From Plasmodiophora brassicae (taxonomy: Eukaryota): a stretch of DNA of 64,000 bases. A program made the translations under genes and the position numbers. Positions 1-10,880 of this stretch are shown here, in pieces. Position 1 is the stretch's first letter; the number at the start of each line of letters is the position of its first letter. Where the stretch lies: the NCBI GenBank assembly GCA_036867785.1, contig CP145421.1:620001-684000 (forward strand), in the 5' to 3' direction. Under the pieces are notes generated by a model, which searched no databases, was not told the origin of the DNA, and saw only the letters and a program-made list of their open reading frames with translations.

Positions 1-869
1 TCGGCAACGAGACACGTTCGGAACTTTGAGCACGATATCGACACAATCGTCGTACGACGCAGGCCCTTCTCGACACGTCGCGGAACGTCCGATTGCTGTT
101 GCCCCTGGGACCTGCCGGCGCCCTCATGACCGAGGAACCCTTTGCCGCACGTGAACACATCGCCGCTGTCCATCAGAAAGACGGCATGCGTCAGGCAAAC
201 GGCCACCGAGACGCACCGCCCCCGACTGGACAACCCGCCGACGGGTTCGGGTCGAATCCGGGTGACGTCGTCGCCCAGGCCAAGGCGACCGGCGCGGTTG
301 ATGCCCCAGGTGTACACGGTGCCGGATTTGGAGATCGCAGCGCCACCGATTTCGCACAGGTCGAATGCGACAATGTCCTCGTTCAGAAGCGCGTCGATGG
401 GTTTCGCGCGGGCCTGCACCGAAGCGTCGCTGACCGTGCCCAGCTGAAAATTCGTCGACGACCCGAACGACGAGATGACGTGACGTGAAGCGCCCGAGGT
501 GTTCCGTCGCGAGTATCGCCATTCAATCAGGTCGAAGGGCGAGTTGCCTTCGTAGTCGACGGGGCCATGCTGCTGACCCTTATGCTTGAGCAGACGTTGC
601 GCCGCCAAAAGCGCCCCACGATACACAGCGGCGTGGAGCGGCGTCCATCGCGACTCCCGATCGACGGCATGGACGTCGGCCCCGTGCGTCAGCAGGACAT
701 CAATGCACGCGACAGCGTTGCGTGCCGACGCCAGATGCAACAGCGTCTGGCCACGCGAGTCGCGCGCCGTCAGAATCTCGGGATCGCGCGCGACCACCCT
801 GTCAAGCGCGGCGCCGTCGTCGCAGTCAACAAGGTCGACGACGTCGTCGTTCAGCCAGGCGCCATTCAT
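1..869 (-). CDS. Ankyrin-repeat + RCC1-repeat protein, IBTK-like (5' part; runs off window start)
   Basis: Hand translation from ATG 869 is open to base 1: ankyrin motifs RDSRGQTLLHLASARNAVACIDVLLTHGADVHAVDRESRWTPLHAAVYRG, then RCC1-like VYTWGINRAGRLGLGD and HAVFLMDSGDVFTCGKGFLGH. Absent from the ORF track because it has no stop in the window. Confidence 0.8.
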   Translation of the reverse strand, partial: MNGAWLNDDVVDLVDCDDGAALDRVVARDPEILTARDSRGQTLLHLASARNAVACIDVLLTHGADVHAVDRESRWTPLHAAVYRGALLAAQRLLKHKGQQHGPVDYEGNSPFDLIEWRYSRRNTSGASRHVISSFGSSTNFQLGTVSDASVQARAKPIDALLNEDIVAFDLCEIGGAAISKSGTVYTWGINRAGRLGLGDDVTRIRPEPVGGLSSRGRCVSVAVCLTHAVFLMDSGDVFTCGKGFLGHEGAGRSQGQQQSDVPRRVEKGLRRTTIVSISCSKFRTCLVA

Positions 870-1354
870 GGCTGCCGCCGCCGGGATCGTCCCGCGTCGC
901 GCCCCGCGGAGTGTCCCGACCACCACCACTGACGCATCCGCCGCCCCCCGATTTAGACCGCCCACCATTCCTCTTGTCCACCTACACCTAATATTAGTGC
1001 TTGGAGTGGGTCGCCGACGACGGCTCCTCGCCCGGCAATGAGGTGCACGGCCAACAGCCCACTGCCCACCTGCCAACGACAACGCGCTGACGGCGCAGTC
1101 CTGGACCGGGGCGGTGTTCGTCTCCGCGTAACGTAAGCCGGCAGCCCGCGCCTCACGCTTCTGTGCCGTCTGTCGCGCCCGACGGTTCGTCGTTCCCCTC
1201 CTGGTTCCCAGCCGGACGTGTGGACTGAACGGGGTTCGAGGCGAGTCACACCACGTTCCAGAGCGATGGCGGCGGTCGGCAGAAGTGGAGTAAAAAGCGC
1301 AGCGGCGCCGCCGGGGCGGAGTCCGTGGCGGAGTTGCAGTCATTTGCAGACGCC

Positions 1355-3717
1355 ATGGTCGCCGCTGTTGCCGTGTCGGCACCGCCGAACAGCTTCGGCC
1401 TGACGCCGCCCGACGACCTGAACACCGACTTCTCCAATGTGATCGTCGTCGACGGCCTGCCCGTTGCACCGGTGGCGAAATACGAGAAACTCGTCTCGCT
1501 CATTCGCAAGACGTTTTCGAAGTCGGTGCCGTGGGAGGGATGACGACCGTGTTATTGAGCGTTGGTGTGAATAGGTTTGGGAACATCAGTGAGATGTATG
1601 TGCCGACCGAATCCGATATGACTGTCGGTTATGGCTTCATCGAGTTCGAAGACTCGGAAGCTGCGTCGTACGCCGTTGCCGCAATGGACAAGGTCGCTCT
1701 GGACAAGAAGCACACGTACCGTGTGTCTCCATGGGGGTAATACGGGTCGACATTGTTTCCGCCGCGCGTGATTTAACGTCGGATGCAGTGACTTCGAACG
1801 CCTTGAGAACTACAGTGACGAGTACGTCCCTCCTGAAAGGTCTGAGTTCCAGCGAAGCGATGACCTGCGCAGCTGGTTGCAAGACGAAGCTGCCCGTGAG
1901 CAGTTCGCCTTGCGGTTTGCTGATGAAACTCAGGTACATGCGTCATCGTGTAAATTCGGTGTGACCCCGTTGACGTATGGTTACAGATCATGTGGCACGA
2001 CCCGTTGATGAACGAAGGAATGCGTCTGTGCTACGGCGGTGAAGAGCAGAAGATAGCCGGCAAGAACTGGACGGAACTCAACGTGGCCTGGTCGCCAATG
2101 GGCTCCTACTTCGCTACGTTTCATTTCCAGGGGATTATGCTGTGGGGAGGCAGCAGCTGGAAGAACCTTGCCCGGTTCGGCCATGAGGACGTTCGCCAAA
2201 TCGAATTCTCCCCTTGCGAACGATTCGTTGTCACGTACTCGGGCATTGAAGCGACGAAACGCGGAGACCCGGAGTGTATTCAGATCCACGATATCCGGGG
2301 TGGCAAGATGATGAGAGGGTTCCCTGGCGTGCTTCCAGGCCAAGTAAGTTGGCGCTGGTACGCGTGAGATGACACGGTGACCAATGAGAACCACTGTAGA
2401 CTGTCAGCCAGCCGTGGCCTATCATCAAATGGAGCTTCGATGGCAAGTATTTCGCTCGACTTGGTGTCGATGAGATTCTCGTCTACGATGTATGCCGGAA
2501 ATCGTTTCTCTGCAGCGTGCCTGCTGATCCGTCCGTTTAGAGTGCGACCATGAAGCTGTTGGAGGGCAAACCGCTGAAAGCTCGTGCAGCGCAGGAGTTC
2601 CAGTGGTCGCCATCACAGCACATTATTTCTTACTGGTCCCCTGAAATGGATAACATCCCTGTTTCTGTCTCGCTTGTTGCTATTCCTTCGCGAACTGCGA
2701 TTCGTACGTTATCCTTGCCGTTCGAACATGTTCCTAGTCTGACATTCGTCAAAAGGCGAGAAGCATCTGTTCAACGTGGTCAGCGTCGAACTTCACTGGC
2801 AGAGCGCCGGCGAGTACCTATGCGTCCTCGTCGCCAGGCAGAAGTCCAAGTCAAAGGCCAAGGCCACCAAGGTGACGTCGACGAACTTTGAAATCTTCCG
2901 ATTGATGGAGAAGGACGTTCCCGTCGAAGTGCTGGAGTTCAAGGAGCTTATCTCCGCCTTTGCATGGGAACCTCGTGGTGCTCGTTTCGCTGTCATCCAT
3001 GGCGACGGCTTCGCGAACAAGTACAACGTTTCGTTCTATTCCGTCAAGAAATCCAAGATCAAGTTGGATGATGCCCCACCGGATCCCCGACCCGTCAATG
3101 CGCTCCACTGGTCACCTCAAGGTAACTACATCATTCTGGCCGGTCTTGGTCAGATGAACGGTATGCTCGAGTTTTACGACGTTAACCGGAAGGCCAGCCT
3201 GTCTGTTTCCGAGCATTTCATGTGCAATCACATTCAGTGGGGACCCTCCGGCATCTACGTTGCAACGGCTGTCGCTCAGCCAATCAGCACGCGAGAAGCC
3301 TGGCGGTTCGCGAACGAAAACGGGTTCAAGATCTGGACCTTCCAGGGCCTTCTCAAGCAAGAAAACCCGGTCGACCAGTTCTATCAGTTCCTGTGGCGTC
3401 CTCGACCGCCGACCCTGATCAGCAAGGAGCAGCAGGCGGAAATTCGTCGGACGATTCGCGAAGTATACTACAAGAAGTTTGATGAAGAGGACGAAGCTGT
3501 TCGCCAGAGCCAGCTGTCGTCGGAGGCCCGCTCTCGTGCCGAGGCCAAGAAGCTGTTCCGTGAGTTCCGGGCCAAGTGTGATGCGAGCGTTCGCGCTGAC
3601 GCCGCGCGCCGACAAGAGCTTCGTGGCGGGATCCCCAGTGAAGACGAGGACGACTACGAGATCACAGAGGTCGAGATTGACGAAGAGGTTGACGTTCAGG
3701 AAATCGTCATACCGTGA
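1355..3717 (+). CDS. EIF3B: Eukaryotic translation initiation factor 3 subunit B (multi-exon)
   Basis: RRM NVIVVDGLP..KYEKL..GYGFIEF; propeller motifs WSPMGSYFATFHFQGIMLWGG, FAWEP, WSPQGNYIILAG, FYQFLWRPRPPTL; acidic tail; short GT-AG introns join the ORF pieces. Confidence 0.96.
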
Positions 3718-3874
3718 TCATATCGACGTATGGATCGGGCTGGGGCCCTCATACACGCTGCATCTTCGAATCTCTATCAACATTGTCCTTGCCGCCTCAT
3801 GCTACTGCTAGTGCTTACAGGAAGCATTGGGCCCATTTATTGCTCTCATCATGCACGTTGCGACTTGCCAGACA

Positions 3875-4777
3875 TCAGATGCCAGACAGTTCTTTCAACG
3901 CTTGAGCGGCAGCGCTAATTGCCTTGGACAAATCGACGATTCCGGAAGGGTGGTCTTCGTCGTCCAGGCGGTCGCGGAGTTGTTCCAATTTGCGAACCAG
4001 AACGCCTTCGACAGTTCGAGCGACTAACGAGCAGTCACTTCCAGTCTGGCCACTACGCAATGTCGTCGACTCCACTTTGGGTAGAGATACCACGACTTCG
4101 TCCAGGATCTGACGGTCGTCAGTCGCCGGCGTCGGGATGTTGACCTCCACCCTTTCGCCGCTTTCGACTTGTGCTGGCGTATCTTCGTCCATAAATCGGT
4201 CACATCCGGCGCAGAACATCCTCCGGTCTGGGCTTTGTAGCAAAGGAGTCGCCGTGGCCTGCAAACAAATAATTCGGTAAGCAAACGGCGACGATCGGGT
4301 AGGCATAACTGCTTACGCAGGATCGACAATGTGCATTGAGCATTATCCAGCCAGAGAGTAACTTCGGCCCCATGCGTTGCGATATGCGGTCTCGCTCAGC
4401 GGATAGTGCCTCGATGCGACGCATCTCCTCGGGGCTGGGCGGCGTCCATCCACCGTCTTCTTCATCGTAGTCGTCCATGTCGGCGACGTCTTTCCCGGGC
4501 ACGTCAGCAACGTGCCCATTCGCCGTTGACAGCACCTTCATCTGCTCAGCCTGCTCTTCGGTCACGCAAGGCATCTCGCACGACACGCACTCAACGCCGT
4601 GCGTCTTGTGCCCGACAAGCACCGTCGTGCAACGTGGGCAATGCTGCGACAGCAGCGTCCATCCTTGCATCATCTTGCACTGCAGTCAGCAATGGTCCGC
4701 GTTCGGTGCGGCAGATGACGTACCTTCTCCGACAGCCGCGATATGCAGCGCTGCTCCTGGTCAACAGCCACCACCAT
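3875..4777 (-). CDS. SSSCA1/ZNRD2-like protein with two Auto_anti-p27 zinc-ribbon domains
   Basis: Two copies of (M/L)xxGWx(L/M)LxxHCxxC...CxxC; probable first exon MVVAVDQEQRCISRLSEK. Confidence 0.8.
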
Positions 4778-5149
4778 TGCGTGCCCGCCAGTGGCACTGC
4801 CGCAAACGAAAATACCGTAGTGCGCAGTGTTGGCATGGGAGCGATTCCGGAAATTATTACGGTAGGGACGCGTCCGCACGACCGCGTACGCGCAACGGCA
4901 ACCTCTTCATTCTTACTAGGGAATGCCACAATTAATCGACAATTAAAGGTCCGGTTCGAGCCACAATTGAGGAAGGATGTCCCTCGTGTGCACGCAATAC
5001 TGGCGCATTGGTGCTTTGTGCAGGTTACCCGCTGGAAAACGCGTTTCAAACAGTCGGACACCTTTGAATATGTAGATAACTTTTCCTCTCTGAGGCGATG
5101 TCACTTGCGTGCTTACTTTTGTGTTGGCCGGGAAGAGAAGGTTGGCGCC

Positions 5150-6580
5150 CATGCACGATCGAACTGGAATACGCTGTACAACGTGTGACGTCATACTCCG
5201 CAGTTACATGCCAGAACACAGTTGCAAGACTGCCAACTACGTATGCAGCCGATCAAACCGCCCCTCTTCAGCCTTGAGTGAACGACGTTTTGCAATTACA
5301 GGCATCCCTGCGCAGGTCCTTTTCATATGAGCTGCGCAGGTCTTCGAACTCCAGTTCGATTCGCTTCTGTTGTCTGATGTATCAGCAAACTGCAGTCCCT
5401 GAGTGTCAACGCACTGACGCATCACGCTGGAATATCTCACTCAGCGACAAAGTCTGTGAGCCGGGTATGAGGTTCGCCGAGCATGCACATTGCGGGCTCT
5501 TTGCCGAAAGTCTTCATATGCGTCGATGCCTGGCCCATTGTCGCCAAATAGTAGGTACACCCAGCAGCCCAGCATTGCGGATGCTGATGCGGATGCTGTT
5601 GATTCAGATCGTGAGCGAAGACATCGCGACTGCTATGTATTGCCTGACTGATTCCTCACACGAAGGTGTTCTCCACGCGAGTCATCGCTGGGTACGCGAG
5701 TGTGTTAAACAGTGAGTATTGACTCCCTAGTTATTCAAATTTGCAATGCCACAACTGAGGCGCGATGGAGCGCCACCTGCGGAATTTGTGGCATACGCCA
5801 CAAAGTGTTCTGGCGATGCCCAGCAAATGACAGCTGATGACGAATGATGCCTGATGGCGCCGCCGGCCGCTCACGTACGGCCTTCTCTTTCTGTGCCGAC
5901 CTTTTCGCCATTCACAATCCGTCGGAACAGTGTCATTTCGCCGAGCACGACCGAGCCCGACCGTCCTGGAAAATCCCCAGTAGATGCATCGTGTATTGGC
6001 GATCCTTGCTATTGACGTTCAGGTCTTGATGACCTCCTTGACGCCCAGCTGGTTGTTGCAGTTTGGGCAGGAATGGATGCAGTCGTACGCATGGTCGACA
6101 AAGAACGGGAGGCAACACAGGCAAGGGCAACCGACCAGGCATAGCCCGCCGCTGAGGACCCACGTACCCAATCCCGTTTCGCGCCTGGTAACAGTCGTCA
6201 CCGTCGCATGGCAGTACTTGCATACGACGAGGGCCGGGATCCTTCCAAACGTCCATGGAGGGTAGCTGACAACGGCAGGTGGCGAGACAGCTGCGACGCC
6301 GGCAGCCGCTGGAGTCGAAGCAGGCTGTCCGGCGACTGGCTGCTGCTGGCCTTGCTGTTGCGGCTGTGGTCGGTGCTGTTGTTGCTGTTGATGCTGGTGC
6401 AGCGCCATATTGCCGTCTGGGTCCACGACCTCTGTCCGGTTAGCTTCTTGATACATCGCACTTCAGACGTATGAGCTGCGTGACGAAAGCGGGCAATGCG
6501 CTGGAAACCTGTGGTTGGTCGCACTTGGTGGCCCTCCGTATTTATAGCACCGAGTGTTCCTTGTGACGTCCGAACGGTAC
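5150..6580. repeat. Copy A of a direct segmental duplication (MULE 5' remnant + LITAF gene)
   Basis: Aligns by eye with 10715-11823, from catgcacgatcgaactggaatacgctgtaca to gtgacgtccgaacggtac. Confidence 0.93.
6019..6456 (-). CDS. LITAF-domain protein, copy 1
   Basis: Q/P-rich N-terminus, then CKYC...hydrophobic Cys-rich segment...HSCPNC, the LITAF zinc-ribbon signature. Confidence 0.92.
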   Translation of the reverse strand: MYQEANRTEVVDPDGNMALHQHQQQQQHRPQPQQQGQQQPVAGQPASTPAAAGVAAVSPPAVVSYPPWTFGRIPALVVCKYCHATVTTVTRRETGLGTWVLSGGLCLVGCPCLCCLPFFVDHAYDCIHSCPNCNNQLGVKEVIKT

Positions 6581-6675
6581 TACAGTTTCATTACTGTCGT
6601 GGTAGGATGGTAGGAGGGTCACAAAAAATGCGCGCACTGCGCACTTTTGTGACCGCCAGGCCTATGAACAAGTAC

Positions 6676-8901
6676 CTACTTAGCCGGGCGGTGCAAGCAA
6701 AACCGCCAGGAACGCATTGCCAGCTGGGAACGCAGGTAGGTTGGGGCTCCACACAACCGCACCCCTTCGAAAACCGGAAGTGTGAGAAGTTGGCCCCCCA
6801 CTTTTCGACGAACTGCGGCAATGACGAGCCGCAGTGTCCACGATAGCACCGGCGTCAGGACCTGGTTGACGAACGTGCGTGCGCGCTCGGTCAAATCTGT
6901 CTTGCTGTCCGGCATCGACGCCTCGATGGACAAAAGCAGCACACTCTTCTCCGACGAAGTCGAAAGCTTGACCAGCTGTGAACCCCCAGGAAGATCGACA
7001 TTGCCGCCTCGCCTAGCGCACCCCCGGTTGTCATCGTTCGGATCAGGTTGCGGCAGCGGCGGCGGAGGTGACAATGACGACGCCATCGGCGCTTGGACTG
7101 GGGGCGGGGCCGGTGGCTGCTGGATGGCTGGCTGAGGTTCCGAATTGTTGAGTCGTTGGAGAACGACCTGGTTAACCAGCGACATCGTCTGTGCCAGCTG
7201 GGGCACATGCGTTTGAAGCAGTTGTTCCAGTTGTTGAAACGCCGGCGTCTCAGGGATATCACGCTCTGCCAGAGAGATGAGCTGCATCAGGGACACGGAC
7301 GCCGGATCGACCCGGAGCTGTGTCGCGACGTACGTCGACGCCAACCCGGGTATCGAGCTCGACTGCGGCGGGCACCTGCTATCGAGGGCGATCCGCCGAG
7401 CGTTGCGCAGGTTCTCCAAGAAGATCGGCTCCCACTTCGGCGTCAGCGCTAGCACGTGGCTGTTCGTCCTGCGCGCCCGGGCCAGAAGAGCTTTCGAATC
7501 GCGATAATACAATTCCGCGTTCTTGAGCGTCTTGTGGCGCGCCGCTTGCCTGATGTGGTCGAGGTCGCCACCACCCCAGATGGCGAACAGGTACGCCGTC
7601 TTGCGGATCGAGTGCGGGCCGTACCGGTGCATCGTGTCGTCGCCGACGACAGGCCTGCAAACACGAACGAACTCGGCGTTGAACTCGTCGTAGGACAATC
7701 CATCCGGGAACAATTCGAACGAAGCGGCGCCTCGGTCGATCGCGTCAAGGTGTTGCTTCGTGCCGAAGACCAACCCGGACTTGATGCGTGTCCGAGACAC
7801 CAACATGAACAACGCCCGGATGGGGCATAGCTTCGGGTGCGAATCAAGCCGGTACAAGACCAGATTGACGGAACCCTCGGCCTTGGCCCTCTCCGACTTG
7901 CCGCAGACCTGCACGACGAGCTGATCGACGCGGTCCAGGTCGTCCTTGGCCGTCATCTCGAGCAAGAAATCTTCAAGCGCGATGTCGACGATCTCGTCGG
8001 CCCGCAGAAACAGGTGGACGCCCAGCAGGATCGACACCCAGGTGGAATAGTCTCGGAGGGAGCCAGTCGCAACGAGCTGACGCCTGATCTCGAGTAGCTG
8101 GTCAGGCAGCAGAGCGAAGTTACCCTCTGCCTTGTACCCCTGCGTCTCGCGTTTCACCCATTGCTTGGTGTCGACCGCAACTTGACTCAGCACAGGATTG
8201 CCGCGCCGCCACAGACGTGGCTGTCCGACGTGATGAAGGCAGCCGAAAGACTGACTCGATCTCGAGAACGTCGCCCAGCACGTGTCGCAAGAATCATCAT
8301 GCTGTCCAACATGCCGGCCGCAGGCACTCGCTTGACGCGCCGCCTGGAACGCGTCCCAGCAGGCGTTGCACGCGTCTTCAAAGTTGCCACGTTGATCGCG
8401 CGCCGCATGCACCGCCGTAACGGCCCACTCGAACTGCTCCACGTTGCCAGGGCCATTCCACCCGCCTTGGCAGACGACAGGCTGCCCACGCCGATCCAGG
8501 ACGGGCACGCCCGAGGCATCGACAAGCGGCGTCCCCTGGACGCCCCTCTTGAACCGAACAAAGTTCGATAACGTCTTTGCACTCATGGACGGGCAGTGGT
8601 CAGATGGCGCATCGTCCGGCAGGACAAGCAGGCTGTCGTAGTCACCGACCAGGCAACAGTAGTACCTGAGTCCACGTATGTGCTTGCCGTAGGCATGCAC
8701 CGAGTTCTTGGCCAGGGGCTTGCTCCCGGTGACAGGGCGGCTCGCTCCTTCCGACACGCGCAGGCGGCGACGAACCAGGCCCAAACCGACAACGGCGTCC
8801 GCCCATAACTCGGCGGGGACATGGTACTTGGCCCGGTTGCTGACACGGAACTGGGCCGCTGTGCGCGTTCGTTGCCCTCCAGACGATCGTGATCGACCCA
8901 T
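6676..8901 (-). CDS. Tyrosine recombinase, 741 aa, probable frameshift near the C-terminus (~6843)
   Basis: Full catalytic set in order: LFLRADE (R), CGKSE (K), HSIRK (HxxR), ARHK (H), LYYRD (Y). Confidence 0.88.
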   Translation of the reverse strand: MGRSRSSGGQRTRTAAQFRVSNRAKYHVPAELWADAVVGLGLVRRRLRVSEGASRPVTGSKPLAKNSVHAYGKHIRGLRYYCCLVGDYDSLLVLPDDAPSDHCPSMSAKTLSNFVRFKRGVQGTPLVDASGVPVLDRRGQPVVCQGGWNGPGNVEQFEWAVTAVHAARDQRGNFEDACNACWDAFQAARQASACGRHVGQHDDSCDTCWATFSRSSQSFGCLHHVGQPRLWRRGNPVLSQVAVDTKQWVKRETQGYKAEGNFALLPDQLLEIRRQLVATGSLRDYSTWVSILLGVHLFLRADEIVDIALEDFLLEMTAKDDLDRVDQLVVQVCGKSERAKAEGSVNLVLYRLDSHPKLCPIRALFMLVSRTRIKSGLVFGTKQHLDAIDRGAASFELFPDGLSYDEFNAEFVRVCRPVVGDDTMHRYGPHSIRKTAYLFAIWGGGDLDHIRQAARHKTLKNAELYYRDSKALLARARRTNSHVLALTPKWEPIFLENLRNARRIALDSRCPPQSSSIPGLASTYVATQLRVDPASVSLMQLISLAERDIPETPAFQQLEQLLQTHVPQLAQTMSLVNQVVLQRLNNSEPQPAIQQPPAPPPVQAPMASSLSPPPPLPQPDPNDDNRGCARRGGNVDLPGGSQLVKLSTSSEKSVLLLSIEASMPDSKTDLTERARTFVNQVLTPVLSWTLRLVIAAVRRKVGGQLLTLPVFEGVRLCGAPTYLRSQLAMRSWRFCLHRPAK

Positions 8902-8991
8902 GACGTCGTCGACAATGCGGTGTGGAAACCTGCGTGGGGATGCGTGCGGCGGTGCGCTTGGTTGTACCGGGAGGGGGTGGCGGCGCCGTCT

Positions 8992-9123
8992 GGTAGGATC
9001 CGTGGGTGCGGTAGGATCCGTGGGTGCGGTAGGATCCGTGGGTGCGGTAGGATCCGTGGGTGCGGTAGGATCCGTGGGTGCGGTAGGATCCGTGGTAGGA
9101 CCCTGGTAGGACCGTTGGTAGGG
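8992..9123. repeat. 18-bp tandem repeat (GGTAGGATCCGTGGGTGC x5) plus four truncated GGTAGG units
   Basis: Read directly from the sequence. Confidence 0.97.
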
Positions 9124-9474
9124 ACGAGCTGTTACTCAGTCCAGCCTCACGTTACGTGATGAAGCCGTGGCCACTGGCCTCAACTTTTGTTACCGTTTTT
9201 TATCCCATATGCAAAAAAGCCAGGGACGCACGCGCGGAGCGTTGCGGCTCCAACTCAACCGTCAGCGTCGTGTAGGTCACCAGCAGTTTGGCGATTGGCC
9301 CTAGTTGCACAACCTTGCGATACCCGCCCAAGTAGCTCCTGTCGGGGTCCTGCACAGGCTGGGCGCTGGCCTGTTCGGGCACAGGCGGCGCCGGGTCGGC
9401 GTCCTGAAGCTCAGCGGCGGCGGCGGCGGCGGCCTGCTCGGGGTCGTCCGCCGCCAGGACGTCGTCGACGCGTT

Positions 9475-10030
9475 GTCGAAGGTTGGCAAGTCGATGTAGC
9501 GGCGCACAGGTGCCCCTGTGCGTTGGCTCACAAATTTGGATTCTGTGTACATGTTGTTGCGGCTCTCAAGAAGTCCAACCTTCCGATCCCAGGACAGGTA
9601 GCTCCTGTCGGACGGTTTGTCAATCGGCCCCCCCGGCCGGCGCCCAACCGCGGGCGTCGTGGCCAGCGGCGTGCAGCTCACTGACATGGTTGCATTGTAT
9701 TACTCGTAATCTAGTGCACCGCCTAGCATCCTTGGGCGCCCAGGTCCGGGCAGATAACCTTGCGGTCTAGCCCGGGACCTCTTCTAAATGTGCTGGGACA
9801 CCTCGTCCACCGCCACGAGGTCCCTGCCCGGCACGACGCTGGCCACGACGCCCGCGGTTGGGCGCCGGCCGGGGGGCCCGATTCACAAACCGTCCGACAG
9901 GAGCTACCTGTCCTGGGATCGGAAGGTTGGACTTCTTGAGAGCCGCAACAATATGTACACAGAATCCAAATTTGTGAGCCAACGCACAGGGGCACCGGTG
10001 CGCCGCTACATCGACTTGCCAACCTTCGAC
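9475..10030. repeat. ~194-bp inverted repeat (9475-9668 / 9837-10030) of a SWIM-encoding transposase segment
   Basis: EGWQVDVAAHRCPCALAHKFGFCVH(V/I)VAALKK...GRRGQRR is encoded on opposite strands; arms nearly identical. Confidence 0.95.
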
Positions 10031-10880
10031 CGGCATATCGACACGTTCGAAATGCTCGTAATGCTTCATGGCCCCGCGTAGGATTATCTGCCTCCAACGC
10101 GCATCTGAACAGTCCGCCATGTCGCGTTCGTTGAAATCAGCTCACTGTTCAATCACAGACCTAAGGCGGCTTACGTCGTGCGCTGCAAATGGGCGCTGAT
10201 GGACGAGAACACTGCCGTCGGGATCGCGGCGGATGTCGAACACGCCGGGCGGGTCAAGGGATGCCCAATGACTGAGCATCGTCTTGCTCGGCGCGAAATC
10301 TGCCGCAAACTGTACAGGCAATTGCGATTTGACATGAATCAGGTTCGCGGCAGCCCGGATCCACATGGGAATGTGGAGCCGCTTCCCAGGAAATCCCGTC
10401 GCTGTCGTTTTGAACGTCGAGTCGTGATTAATGCTTACCTCGACGTTGGGATGCCTTCGCGCTATATCGACATATCGAGCTAGAAACGCTTTGCTGGTCA
10501 CACGTACCGACAACAATTAGGTATCACTAATTCAGCGGCACATCCATTTGCCTACCCAGCATGAAGGGATTATCATGCATCCGACCCCCTGCCCAGACGG
10601 AGGTCGTTGTTTGCGTCCACGTCATACCCGATGACAAACGGGGCGTTGTCTGGCCATGCATGTATCGCATCTTGTCCACAGACCAGCTTCTTGGCCTCGG
10701 CAACGGCGTCCGCACATGCACGATCGAACTGGAATACGCTGTACATCAAGCTATAGTGTGAAGTCACACTCTGGATACTACACCCAGCAGCCCAGCACTG
10801 CGGATGCTGATGCGGATGCTGTTGATTCAGATCGTGAGCGAAGACATCGCGACTGCCATGTTTGCCTGACTGATTTCTCA
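9767..10880 (-). pseudogene. Internally deleted, disrupted Mutator/MULE-type transposase remnant
   Basis: GRGSD..NPFMLG..VTSKAFL...INHDSTFKTTATGFP resembles the first catalytic Asp motif of MULE transposases; C-terminal SWIM CxC-x7-CxH; rest of the DDE core missing; frameshifts present. Confidence 0.72.

Larger units (their letters stand above)
6581..9130 (-). mobile_element. Tyrosine-recombinase (Crypton-like) DNA element; ends approximate
   Basis: Single intronless YR ORF with no RT/RNase H; left edge is where LITAF copy A stops matching copy B; GGTAGGA motifs at both flanks. Confidence 0.7.

Noticed and set aside
5785-5804. Short hairpin TTTGTGGC-ATAC-GCCACAAA (also near 11020) as a Helitron end or MULE TIR
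   Set aside because: Too short; no partner terminus or target duplication found.
8992-9123. Possible CRISPR array
   Set aside because: Head-to-tail identical units with no unique spacers; eukaryotic context and no cas genes.
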